DNA from: Hamiltosporidium tvaerminnensis FI-OER-3-3
Lineage: Eukaryota; Fungi; Microsporidia
Length of the DNA stretch: 64,000 nt
Direction of reading: 5' to 3'
NCBI GenBank assembly: GCA_022605425.2
Contig: JAKIMF020000001.1
Span: forward strand, 744,001-808,000
Each line of letters opens with the position of its first letter. The first letter of the stretch is position 1. The notes beneath the pieces were generated by a model. The model was given only the letters and a program-made list of their open reading frames with translations. It did not search any database and was not told the origin of the DNA. The translations under genes were made by a program, and so were the position numbers. Shown here one piece after another: positions 1-12,069 of this stretch.

Positions 1-418
1 CAGTCAAAATGGAACGGTGAGAGGAAGAGAATAGCCGAAAAACATTATATTGAATAATATTCATAAAAAAACACTAAAAATAAAATTTGTTGTCATATAA
101 ATGCACATTTACAATATCTGAATGTAAAATATTATTTTACAGTGAAGTAAGTAAGAGACAAAATTTTATAATTATTTTACTGTAAGTTCAAACTAAATAT
201 AAAAATTTATATGAAAATTGATTCAAATATGTTTTCTATTTAGGTAAATCAAAATGTTCGATTTCGATAATATATGTCGTTATGAATTATTAGGAACTGA
301 TGATAGCTAGATTTGACTTAAATATACACAAAAAATAGCTTCATTTTTATTTATCACTTGGTCTTTTGAATTCTTTTATCTTTGTCTGTATTTTTAGTTT
401 TAAATTTTGTTTATAAAA

Positions 419-1131
419 TTTAACAGTATCACATCTTTTTAAAACAGTGGCAAGTGTTATATTTGTTTCCGGGACATTAACGCTGTTCTGGGTTTAAGAT
501 AAATTATCTCTACCTCAACACTCCATCGGTACCTCCTTAGATACTTACGTCCCAGAGCCTTTGCTCTACCAGGTGTGTAGAACCTAATTAATAGGCGAGG
601 GGTTTGCTCGGAGTTCGTTAATGTCCGTTGCATGGAGTGTGATCGAAGAACTCCGAGCTCTTCGAGGACTATGCAGCATTCCCACTTACTCTACACTTCC
701 CGAACCAAATATACCTTTTAGATACGATATATTAGAGATTTAAATCGGGTCTACCTAGACATTGCAATGTCATACCAACAAGTATAACCTGCTAGTTAGC
801 TCCCCCGGCTTTTACTGGTTTTATTTTTATATCTCCTAGGCGCCAAGTCTTCTAACTCGAGTGAGCAAGGTTTGATTTCCATGCTTTTACATGGCAATTA
901 CATACATGTTCAACTGCGGCCTTTGATCGAGTTACACAAAAAACTACAAGCAAATTTCTAGAAAAAGTTTCGCCATTTCGTCGGCCTTCTTCTCCTTAAA
1001 CAAACTCCCACTGAACAAACGAAGATGTAGTGTGGTTCTATTACCACCAAAAATCCAAACAATGATCTTCACAGCTATTTCACACACTCATTGCCAAGCA
1101 GAAAGTTTTTATGTGATTATCTTTTCTCCAC
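419..1131 (-). mobile_element. Family A ~720-nt non-coding retroposon (SINE-like), copy A1
   Basis: Co-linear similarity to 52516-53240 and 16079-16804 (shared blocks gacattaacg, cgttaatgtccgttgcatggagtgtg, gcagcattcccacttactctacac, cacactcattgccaagcagaaag). Confidence 0.9.
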
Positions 1132-1156
1132 AATTTGTAAAAAAATTAAATAGTTA

Positions 1157-1237
1157 TTTCTATTTAATGAATTTTCGGGTTAAAATGTTTTAAGGTTTTT
1201 AGGCGTTTTCTTCTACCTCTTTTACTACTACCGTTCC
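1157..1237 (-). mobile_element. ~80-nt 3'-end fragment of the R4-like LINE
   Basis: Reverse complement reads gtagtagtaaaagaggtagaagaaaac...ttaacccgaaaattcattaaata, matching the LINE 3' end at 5250-5321. Confidence 0.75.
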
Positions 1238-1537
1238 TAACTGCAAATAAAATATTAAATTTATGAAAATTTTTCAGTTATAAAAATGTTTAAATGATTT
1301 ATTCGATTTAGTAAATTTTTTTGTTATCTTTATGGTTTTATTTTATTAAGGATTATGTCATAACAATACCAGTTGATGTCATTCCTGAATACTTCATATA
1401 TTTTTAATATTTTATATTTACGTAATCGTTAGTATTTCAATCTAAATAATAATTTTTTTCCTTTGTAATATCTCATATTTTATTAATTTATTGGTTAAAA
1501 TTATTTTACTTAAATAAACTATGTTGTACGAGTATGG

Positions 1538-4500
1538 AAATGGTAGAAGGAAAAAAGTAGACAGCGAAAATATAAAAAATGAAAAAATAAAGGCTGTAAA
1601 CAACTTGGAGAACAGCGCAGGTGAGATTTTGATGTGTGATGTAGATGTAGCAATGTTATCCGAGAGACTTCCACCTCCACCGACCTTCCATGACACCACC
1701 CACCTAACCACCAAGCAGTAGTTTCCAGACTAGTTTATTCTGCTTGGTTGATACCATACCCTCGTCTTCTGGTACCGATGCCACTGCGTTTGGACCAGCC
1801 AACGGCATGACAAACCTCAATCCAGATGCCATTCTAGAAGGGAATCGACTGATTGTATTGCACTCAATACTTGACTCTGTCACAGTCGTAGAGCAGGAAT
1901 GGCCTAGATATGCTATTCTAGCAGTGCAAAAGAGGTTTGAGAGAATGCCCAGAAATGGCTGGCCCGCTACTCTTAGGTACTATAATGAAGAATTTAGCTG
2001 CACACTAGATATCGATGCGTTTAAAAAACTCGCACAAAATGAAGCAGAAAGGGAAATAAGGCAAGAAGAGAATGGAGAGCGACGTCGAATCGCCACTTGT
2101 CTCACTGAGCCATGCACCCTGACTGACACCACGGAGTACATAAACCTGAGAGATAAATTTTTGAGTAAAATCAAAGAAATCTCGGAGAACGAAATTAGAA
2201 AAATGGTGGTTCGAACTAGAAAGCTTCCAAGTGAATTGGTTGACAGTAAAATTTTGGACCTTATTAATCGAATTAACGGTGAGTATGCTGATTCTTGTGT
2301 GCCGATGACGATAACTGCAGTGGCACGGATAATCCAGGCAGCCTAGGTATGCTATGACGAGGCAACACGCAAAGAAAAGCCTAGATTCGCTTGGAAGGAA
2401 AACATAGAAAGTAAAATTTCTAAGTTAGTACTTTCCAAAGATCTTCTCGAGAAGGCTCGTAAGCAGGAAAAGCTCTCCACTTCGGAAACGAAGAGCCTTA
2501 AGAAAATCATGCGAGAGTTTAATTTAAACTTGAGCAGCGTAACTGATCTTTCTGAGGCTTTAGTTAAGAAGAATGAGTTTTTGAATGTTTACGAGAAAAA
2601 AATTACGATGCATGAAAGTAGGAAGCAATTCCGAAAAGAGAATCGTATGTTTGAGCTTTTCCGAGGTCGATTTTATCGTGGGTTATCCGAGCGTGTGGAA
2701 TCCGAGCATGTGGTTAGCCGTGATGAAATTGTGAGTTTTTGGTCTACAATGTGGAACAAAAATGATGACACAGTCACGTATGATGATTATTTGATTCCAT
2801 TTGTATCAGATAATCATCCGACTACGTTTCCTTTACTTGATGAATTTGTAAATATCATTTATTGGCTTCCCAATTGGAAAGCTGCTGGAATCGATGGTAT
2901 TTACAATTTCTTTAAAGAAACTTACAACTCTTCATAAATTTCTTTATGATATTGTGAAAGTTATATGTTTAGAACGAACACCTCAAGCTGTTTGGTTTTA
3001 CTGCGGGCTACGTATTTGATACCGAAAGGAATTCCACGAAGAGGCTCTGACTACAGGCCAATCACTTGTATGTCCAACCTCTACAAGTTAACGACTAAGT
3101 GTGTAACGAAAGTCGTTCAACTTGAAGTGGAAAGGCGAAGGTGGCTTGCGGAGAACCAGTTGGGAGCAGTTAGAGGTGTACAGGGAGCGAAAGAGCAGGC
3201 TCTACTGAATATTGCCCTAAATAAAGAATACGGAAACAATCTTAAGGCAACATGGATTGATGTTAAAAAAGCTTATGATTCAATAGATCATGCTTACTTG
3301 ACTCAATGCATTGGAAACCTTAATTTACCTGATTGGATCCTGAAATTCATTAAGGTAATTATATCAAAATGGAAAATTGATATATCATTAGGGCCTGAAA
3401 AAATCATGAGCAAGAAGATTGAGAGAGGGATTCTGCGGGAAGATAGTTTGTCTCCATTGTTGTTTGTGTTGTGTATGGATCCATTAAGCCGAAAGCTTAA
3501 TGAAAAATACACAAAAGTGACAGTACAAACAGATGCAGAATCCCACTCTACTAATCATCTCTTGTTTATTGATGATCTTAAACTCCTTGCAAAAGACAGC
3601 TCCACATTGAATGCTATGACAGGCGAGGCAAAGGAATTTTTAGAGGTGATTGGCTTAGAGATTAACAAAGAGAAGTCAGCCACAAATGATACGTGTTGTG
3701 AAGATACTGCTACTCTTCTAGAAGGTGTTAGTGTTTAAAAATATTTAGGAATAATAGAAGATAGCAGAGGAATCCCAACACGTAGCTCATTTGAAGAAGT
3801 ACAGAGTAAACTTATATCAAGAGTTGAAAGACTTTGTCACACTAGATTAAACGCAAAAAATTTATTTTCTGCAATTAATTAACACGCGATATGATTCATA
3901 AACTATCACATAGGAGTGCTTCGACTTAAACCGGTTGACTGCTCTAAGTTAGATGATTTAGTGCGTGCGATGTTGGTGAAGAATAAGATACATCTCCGCC
4001 CAGGATATAAAGAGCGTTTGTATCTTCCTTGAACAGAACTTGGAAGAGGCCTACATAGTGTTGAGTTGCGAAGCGAACATATGCTTCTGCAACTCTTGGA
4101 TTGTCTGGAAAAAAGTAAAGAAATATCAACTAGACGAGCAGCAATCCTCAAGGTGGAGAATAATAATAAAACCCATCTTGCACTGATAAAAGGCTCCTTA
4201 AAAGTAAAGTACAGGTTGGTAGAAGAAGTCACTAAGAAAAGTTTAGAAGAAGCTCAACTTGCAAAACTATATAACGAAATAGAAAAACGAAAACTCCATT
4301 CAAAGTTATATAATGCAAGAAAAAATGAGCTTGTGAGTGTTAGTGACTCTTCAAGATGGCTAAAGAGAGGAAATATTAGGCCACGAAATGAAGCTGTGTT
4401 CAGCTATATCCAGGATAGAAATGTATTCTGGGGAGCAGATGGTATGTGTCAACATTGCGGGAAGTCTGGTAAGACTGTAGATCATCTAGCAACTCGATGT

Positions 4501-5321
4501 GAAAAAATGCTAGGCCATGACTACACCAGACGGCATAATGAAGTGGTTAGATGCCTACACTTACTTCTCCTAAATAGATATAAGTTTAAGTTCTCAAAAC
4601 GAATTAGGAGTCACTCAGTTCAAGAAATTCTTGATAATGAGTATGCAGAGATAAGAGTGGACACCAGAATAAAAACTGATGTTAAAATTCGGAATAACAG
4701 ACCCGACATATTTATTTTAGTCAAGAAGAAGAATAAGATAACACACATTGAAGTAGGAATCACTTCCCAAGACGCACTTCAAATAGTTGAAACAGAAAAA
4801 CTTAGGAAGTATGACCTGCTAGCCAATGAGTTGGGTCTTATTTATAGGTGTAGTGTTGAGATAATCCCTTATGTGATGACCTGGGACGGTATTGTGACAA
4901 AATACCATAAATCTCATCTTAAAAGACTAGAAATACCCATGAATGTAGAGGCATACATTCAGTCTATAGTACTTAAGAAAACAGTCGAAACAATTTCCTT
5001 TGATCGACGAAGAGGACTTGAGTCAGGACTAAATGCCGAAGAAAGCTAGGAGAGAGCGTCAATGGGTGTTATTATGAGATCAGAGATGCATGAGGAACCA
5101 ATACCCCCTTTAAAAGAAGCGAAAAGAGAGGAAGATGGTGTTAAAAATTTAAAACCAAAAAATAATACACCCCTTATTTCACAAGGAGGAACCACTTTAC
5201 AGGAACCGACCAATAACATAAATGAAGAGTCGGATTTGGAAAAAGAGACAGTAGTGGTTAAAGAGGTAGAAGAAAACATATAAAATGGTAAAATTACTTT
5301 AACCCAGAATTTTATTAAATA
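1538..5321 (+). mobile_element. Full-length but disrupted R4/Dong-like non-LTR retrotransposon (RT + restriction-like endonuclease)
   Basis: ORF fragments 1521-5283 are co-linear with the intact ORF at 33259-37020 (YRPITC, DVKKAYDS, FIDD, CCHC knuckle, RPDI, EKLRKY), with several stops and frameshifts. TSD atgttgtacgagtatgg (1521-1537) / atattttacgagtatgg (5322-5338); ends ttattaaataa. Confidence 0.93.
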
Positions 5322-6185
5322 ATATTTTACGAGTATGGTATTTTAAAAGGATTCAAAGAATTATATGTTTACATCCTATATTTCTTTTCTAATTTAATTT
5401 ATATTTGATTTTAATTCTCCTTACGAATCAAAGGATAATGAATATTTTTTTAACAAATATTAAATTGAGTCTATACTTCATTTTATCTGATATTTGAAAT
5501 TTTCTTCTATGGATTTATTATTATGATAACGAATATATATTATCTTATAAAAATTGTTTGAAAAACAACATCTACAAATTATATTTGTTTATCAGTCAAT
5601 AATTCAATATTCATAACTTTTTTAGGTTTCATAAATCATACAAGATTCTTCATAAAATATTTAATTTCTATTTATAGATTATATTATTAAATTGGTTATC
5701 TAAAATGATTAATTATGTTTATTTATATGAATATTTACATAGAGTTATCTATTTATTCTTATTTCCAATCCTCGTTGTCAATAACTAAAGAGATAAGAAA
5801 CTTTAAGATATGAAAAATATATTTCTTCTTTTTTATCTTCAAATCAGGATTAAATATTTGTAGATCTTAAATATACTTTAAATTTGTTACAATTAATATA
5901 AAAATATACCAATAAAAATACTTATTGGTATCGTTTATATCTTTTAATAACTATTCAAGAGATTAATTTCTTATTTAATTATAATTATATGTAATGAACT
6001 TAAAAATAGCTTTATGATTATAAAAAATTGGTTTAATACTATCATAACGTTGATTTTTCAAAATATACTTCAATGGTTCATATAATAATATCAAATGGTA
6101 TATTTTATATAATAATTTGGTATTTTTATTGATCTCGTTTGTTATTTTTGTAGATTTATTTAAATATGTGTAGTTTTAGGGCTAA

Positions 6186-6911
6186 ATGCCAATAAATAAC
6201 GCTTTACTTATATTAGAACTGATAAAAGAACAAAGAAAATCAACTACAGCACCTGTAGACACAATGGGATGTAACGTTTTAGCAAAATCAAAAAACAAAG
6301 AAATATGGAGATTTCAGCTTCTTATATCACTAATTCTATCTTCACAGACAAAGGATGAAATGACAGCAAAAGCGATGTCTTTTTTATTCGACGGATTGCT
6401 TAAAAAAAGTGAAATTGTAGACAATTTATACATTAATAAAACAAGTGAGGATGTTTTATGTATTGAAAATATAATTAATACTTCAGTTCAAGATATAGCA
6501 ATTCTGATTAGATGTGTCGGTTTTCATAATAAAAAAGCGGTTTATATTAAAAAAACAGCTGAAAAAATACATTCGTTTGGAAAAATGCCAGATACATTGG
6601 AAATGGTGTGTAGTTTACCCGGAGTTGGAAATAAAATGGCTTTTTTATATCTTTATTACGGCTTTTCTAAAATACTAGGAATATCTGTAGATACACATGT
6701 TCACAGAGTTTTTAATAGAATCGGTTTGGTAGAAACAAAGACACCAGAAAATACAAGAAAAAAATTGGAAAAAATATACGATAAAGAATTGTGGAAAGAT
6801 ATTAATAAAAACGTTGTTGGTTTTGGACAGGTAGTTTGTCTTCCTATAAAACCAAAATGTAAGAATTGTTGCTTGAAAAATATCTGCAAAAGCAGTAAAT
6901 ACAATTTCTGA
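6186..6911 (+). CDS. NTH1: Endonuclease III-like DNA glycosylase/AP lyase
   Basis: LSSQTKD, HhH motif LPGVGNKMA, VDTHVHRV, C-terminal C-X6-C-X2-C-X5-C Fe-S motif; GGG at 6179-6181 upstream of ATG. Confidence 0.93.
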   Translation: MPINNALLILELIKEQRKSTTAPVDTMGCNVLAKSKNKEIWRFQLLISLILSSQTKDEMTAKAMSFLFDGLLKKSEIVDNLYINKTSEDVLCIENIINTSVQDIAILIRCVGFHNKKAVYIKKTAEKIHSFGKMPDTLEMVCSLPGVGNKMAFLYLYYGFSKILGISVDTHVHRVFNRIGLVETKTPENTRKKLEKIYDKELWKDINKNVVGFGQVVCLPIKPKCKNCCLKNICKSSKYNF

Positions 6912-7054
6912 ATCACAAAATAAAACCTAACCAAATTGTTATATTTTAATCTAAGCGATAAATAAAACTTCATATATTCTTTAAGTTTTCTTGGGAATAT
7001 CTATAAATTCTAATAAGAAATAAATATTTGAATTAATATTGAAATACTCTTGTA

Positions 7055-7215
7055 AAATCTCAAAATATATTTTTTTTACACCTTCATATAAATTTGAAAA
7101 TACTTTTTCTTCATTCTTTTATTTATAAAAATTCAAATCTCAAAATATCTTCTTTTTAAATCTTCATATAAATCTAAAAATATTTTTTTCCCTTTTATTG
7201 ATTAAAAAATCTCAA
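7055..7215. repeat. Diverged tandem duplication, period ~80 bp
   Basis: aaatctcaaaatat...cttcatataaat recurs at 7055 and 7135, with a partial third unit at 7207. Confidence 0.65.
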
Positions 7216-7516
7216 CTCTTAATCCAAAGATAATTTCCATTTAATTTAAAATATCATTCACTATACTTGTATATCCAATTATAAAACACAATATTTCTTT
7301 ATATTTTAAATTCAAACTAAAATTTATCTTCATTTATAAAAAATTTCAATTAATTTAATAATTACTTTAAAAAATATATTTTTGTATTTTAGGTTAGTTT
7401 AAATCAATAAGTAGATATTAACTAAGCAATGAATTAATAATTATTTAATTTTAATCTGTAATATTTACAAAACTACAATATAAATAAATTTAAAAATCAT
7501 TCTTCTTTAACCTTTT

Positions 7517-7662
7517 AAAAGTATTAGTAAAAATACTAAAAAATACTAGTAAAAGTACTGGTAAAAGTACTGGTAAAAAGTATTAGTAAAAGTACTGGTA
7601 AAAGTACTGGTAAAAGTATTAGTAAAAATACTAAAAAAGTACTAAAAAAATACTAAAAAATA
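7517..7662. repeat. ~12-bp minisatellite (AAAAGTACTGGT-like) downstream of RPS4
   Basis: Tandem aaaagtactggt / aaaagtattagt / aaaaatact units seen directly. Confidence 0.85.
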
Positions 7663-7682
7663 TTTAAATAATTCAAATTTAA

Positions 7683-8561
7683 TTATTCTTCTTCTTCCAT
7701 CTCATTATTCTCCTCACTAATAGATTCTTCTTCTTCACCTTCATTTCTTTCAATAAGTTCACCGTATCTTAGATTACTCTTCTCATATTCAGATATCTTA
7801 ACTCCTTTCTCTTCAGGTAAAGAAATAAGAACATTATTTTCATCACCAATCACAAAAACATTTGATTTTTGAGTTAAAAAAGTTCTACCAGCAGAATCCT
7901 TTAAATGTATAGTATCACATATTCCTTCTTTCTCATCAATTTGAAAAATTGTACCAACACATCCTAAATTCTTACCTTTCGTAATAAAAGCAGTTTTTCC
8001 AATTCCAAAAGATATAAAATCAATAACTTTTCGAGAAGAAAGATCAAGTTTGATTGTATCTCCTACTTTAATAGAAGGATCGACATATCTAAAAGTAGAT
8101 CCATCGTCCGTATAAATATGTGGTATGTCACCACTTAAAGTAGCTTTGTTAACAACCTTACACAACTTAATATTATTTTCTTCATCAGTAATTCGATGCA
8201 ATAAAAATTTTTTATTTGTGTTGTATAAAAGCCTGAAAGATTCTTTGGTTTTTAAAATTTCTAAAACATCCATAAATCCGACTGGAAATTTCTTGTCGGT
8301 TCGAACACGTCCATTGATTTTTATTTGCTTGTCGTTGAGAATTATCGAGATTTCTTTGCTGTTTTCAGCGTATTGCAGTTTCTTGGTCAGTAATAGACAT
8401 AAAGGAATGCATTCTTTTAGACTGTGGGGGCCTGTAGACGGTCTGGGTGCAAATGTACCACCTAACTTGTCTAACATCCATGATTTTGGTGCAGCTAAAC
8501 GTTTTAAGTGTTTTTTTGGTCCTCTTGGCTAAAATTAGTTTTTTTAATATTTACTTACCAT
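7683..8561 (-). CDS. RPS4: 40S ribosomal protein S4 (eS4), two exons: 8561-8559 and 8528-7683 (282 aa)
   Basis: Splicing restores the canonical N-terminus MPRGPKKHLKRLAAPKSWMLDKLGG; PRPSTGPH, PVGFMDV and GKNLG motifs; CCC 6-8 nt upstream of the ATG. Confidence 0.95.
8529..8558 (-). other. 30-nt spliceosomal intron directly after the RPS4 start codon
   Basis: ATG|GTAAGTaaatattaaaaaaACTAATtttAG|CCA; in-frame TAA if retained. Confidence 0.92.
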
Positions 8562-8656
8562 TTTATGGGTAAGAAAAATTATAAAATAAAATTTTCTAAG
8601 TTACAAACTAAAAAGACGGTAAAAAAAATTATTTATTTTTTTTTAAAGATCTAAAG

Positions 8657-8741
8657 AAGGACAGATGGTGGTGGTAAAAGAGGTAGAAAAAAATATGTGG
8701 AAATTAAAGAAAAGTTTTATAATAGAATTTTATTAAATAAA
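8657..8741 (+). mobile_element. ~85-nt 3'-end fragment of the R4-like LINE with TSD
   Basis: gtggtaaaagaggtagaaaaaaatatg...agaattttattaaataaa, flanked by taaagatct at 8644-8652 and 8742-8750. Confidence 0.8.
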
Positions 8742-8751
8742 TAAAGATCTT

Positions 8752-8935
8752 AAAGGTGGTAAAATAGAAGAGAAGGAAGAAATAGGAAACTATTATTATT
8801 GAAAAAAAGAAATTATTTATTTTTTGAGGTACCAAAGGTGGGCAAAATAGAAGAGAAGGAAGAAATAGGAAACTATTATTATTGAAAAAAAGAAATTATT
8901 TATTTTTTGAGGTACCAAAGGTGGACAAATAGAAG
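8752..8935. repeat. Tandem duplication, period 82-83 bp
   Basis: Near-identical units beginning aaaggtgg at 8752, 8834 and 8917 (partial). Confidence 0.9.
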
Positions 8936-9234
8936 TTAGAAATTATTATTGGAATAAATTTATTATTGTAATAAAAGTTAGAAATCTTATAGAATTGAAA
9001 TGGATTCATTTCATAAAAAATATGAAGAGAATAAATAATTCAAAGAAGTATTTAAATTACTTAAAAATATTTCGAAGATAAATATTTCCACCCTCATATC
9101 TCATCTAATGAATGTATAAAAATATATTAGAAATGTAAATTTTTAAGTATTTTAAATACTTCTTTGAGAGTAAATAAATTATGAAATAAAAAATATTAAA
9201 ATTACAATTTATAGATTATTATAGTATTTTTAAA

Positions 9235-9458
9235 GATGGAGGAGGATAAGCACATTAAAAACTTTCTGCTTGGTAACTAATTATACATCTGTATCAAAAT
9301 CACTGCTGCCATTGTGGTGGAATATAAAACACACTGAATCTATGTGTCAATTTCTTATAATCCCGAGTTACAATTTACTAAAAGAAACAATTCAAAACTT
9401 TCATTTGGACATCTTCGATACTGGGAGGTAAAAAGGGAACGGAATAAGTAGGTAAGTA
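9235..9458 (+). mobile_element. Family B ~220-nt non-coding retroposon, copy B1
   Basis: 5' head ggaggataagcacattaaaaactttctgcttgg...gtggtggaatataaaacacac is shared with family A; body aatcccgagttacaa...gggaggtaaaaag and aataagtaggtaagta tail are shared with 20274-20496 and 58882-59020. Confidence 0.75.
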
Positions 9459-9487
9459 GAACAATGTTTTAATGATGAAAATTTCTT

Positions 9488-9960
9488 AAAGACGAATTAG
9501 GAGTCACTCAGTTCAATAAATTATGCAAAAACTTATTTAGAAACAAGAATTGACATTAGAAAGAAAAAAAAAGAATTCTTAATTTCAGATATTGGATATA
9601 AAATGTATATTTTAGTTTATATTTTATTATGATTGGAAGTTGAGGTCGGGATTCTGCTTAAGAATCTTTTATATAAATGATCGAGGAGCCAATAAAGTAG
9701 AAACTATTAGCTAATGAATTAGGTCTTATTTGTAAATTATATTGATTTGATTCTTTATGTGATTAAAGGGATGGTGTTCTGGCAAAAACCCCAAGGTTTT
9801 TATGAAAGTTGGAAATATTAGTAAGAACGGAGACATATATAAGGTAAGTATTTAAAAATAAAGCCGATTTTCTTTTAAAGATAAATGAAATCGACTCAAG
9901 ACTAAATACTGATGAGAGATTGAAAAACGGTATTACTGAATTCTAGGATAGCAGTTGAGA
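9488..9960 (+). mobile_element. Decayed 3' portion of the R4-like LINE
   Basis: acgaattaggagtcactcagttcaa is identical to LINE ~4599-4623; ctaatgaattaggtcttattt and gggatggt also match; many lesions. Confidence 0.7.
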
Positions 9961-10809
9961 AACGTGAACAAAACAAGTATTTACAGCATACAGACTATAT
10001 TATAAACAAAAGTTTTTCTATCCAAACCAAAGTTAAGAAACCTCAAAATGTGAACAGAATTATCGAAATCAAAGCATTGCTTCGAAATATAAATGAAAAA
10101 TAAATATATAATACTCTCATATAGGGCAATTAAACATGCATAATAAAGCAAGAATGCTTTGTTTTAGTAGATTATATGTCTTAATTTCACTCTATAGATT
10201 AGTTATAAATTATAACTTTTGGGGAATTTTGGTTTCAAATAGTTATGTAACACAAAAAGTTTAATACAACTTCGATTAATTTTTATTTCTTAAAAGGCTG
10301 AACATATAATTAGAATTTAATAATATATATTGCGTAAATCTTATATGCTTTACTTTAAAATTTTCATTTTATAGTTCTATTTCTATAAATATTGTTGTTA
10401 TCGTCTTTAAGATTAATTTTATCTTTTTTTCGTTATTTGGAGACTGCTATGTTGTTTTCTTGTCTTAAAATTTAATATTGATTTCCAAATAAATTTTTCT
10501 ATGTTTTGACGGCCATTTTAGCGATATTAAACTTTTATTTCTGTAAGATAATATCTAATTATAAATTCTCTTTTGATTTTTCTGTAAGAAAATTAAATTA
10601 CTCTGTTGTTTTTTTAAGCACTAAAATTTAAATCTATATAAAATCTGAATCGTATTTGAAGTATTAAGAACATATATATTGGTATTAAAGATTAAACCGT
10701 TAGAACCATGTAATAATGCCTTTTCACACTTCTTCCTTGATTAATTCATAATTCGCTTATATTTTAGCTTAAATCTATAGTTTTCGGTTTAAACAACAAA
10801 CGGTTGTAG

Positions 10810-11537
10810 TTTATTTAAAAATATCACATCTTTTTACAATAGTGGCAAGTGTTATATTTGTTTTTATGACATTAACGTAGTTATAGGTTTAACATAAAAA
10901 ACAGCTACTCCAGCACTCTATCAGTTCCCTCTGTGATACCTACATTCCAAAGCTTTTCATCTACCAGGAGTGTAGAACCTAATTACTTAGTGAGGAAGTT
11001 GCCCGGGGTTCGTTAATGTCCCCTGCATGGAGTGTACTCGAAGGCCGAAGACCCCTCTGGGCTGCCCCAAGACTATGCAGCATTCCCACTTACTCTACAC
11101 TTTCTGAACCCAATAAACTTCTAGCTAAGATATATTTCAGAGACTTACATGGGGTCTAACTAGACAGTGCAATGTCATACCAACGGGTATAACCTGCTAC
11201 TTAGCTCTCCCGGCTTTTAATGTTTTTTATTTTTATATCTCCCAGGCGCCAAGTCTTCTAACTCAAGTGATCAAGGCTAGGTTTCCATGCTTTTAAATGG
11301 CAATTACCTACAAGTTCAGCTGCGGTCTGCAATCTGGTTACATAAAAAACTACAAATAAATTTGTATAATAAGTTTCGCCATTCTTAGACCTCACCTTCT
11401 CATAACAACTCCTATGGAACAACTAAATATGTAGTATGGTTTTATTTCCACCAAAAATCGAAAAAATAATCCTCACACCAGTTTCACACACTCATTGCCA
11501 AGCAGAAAGTTTTTTATGTGGTTATCCTCCCTCCACC
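10810..11537 (-). mobile_element. Family A retroposon, copy A2
   Basis: High identity to A4 and A6; full-length from the tttattt tail to ...atcctccctccacc. Confidence 0.92.
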
Positions 11538-12069
11538 TATGTCTGGTTCTTAATAATACTTTTTTATATCTTTTTGTTGTCTTATCACACCCTTCATGCT
11601 GTTTTTGTAATTTTTTTGCGTATAATTAACTAATTTTAATTAAATAAATTTTTTATTTCTAATGATAAATTAAATGATAGAAATATATACTAAATTGGAA
11701 ATATAGCTTATTAAGAAATATAAAATATGAGCTATTTACATCTTATTGTAATTATAAATATTTCATACAGTTACTTGCTTGCGAAGGTAAGTCATTTATA
11801 AGTCTATTACTTTGTCACTGAATGCAAAAATGGACCAAGTATGAGATACTTAAAGAAGATAACGCGATTTTTTTAAAAGACTTAAGTGCTTATAAATAGT
11901 ATAAATAGAAATTTTAAAAAACTTTGGCGTATAGTTCATTTTAGGAAATGCAATATGATCAAAATAAAAATTTAAATTATAGGTCATTCTAATTTTACTC
12001 AAATATTTTTTTCGTGACATAAATCAACATCATCATTGTAAATACTTTATAATATAAGAATACTTCGAT

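Noticed and set aside
8125-8532. Antisense ORFs over RPS4, RPL4, CAF1, Rab5, UBC8 and the LINEs
   Set aside because: Shadow ORFs of real genes on the opposite strand or frame.
11120-11150. AAGATATA and TTCAGAGACT resemble group I intron S and R elements
   Set aside because: They are adjacent and in the wrong order, with no P7 pairing, and the element has TSDs.
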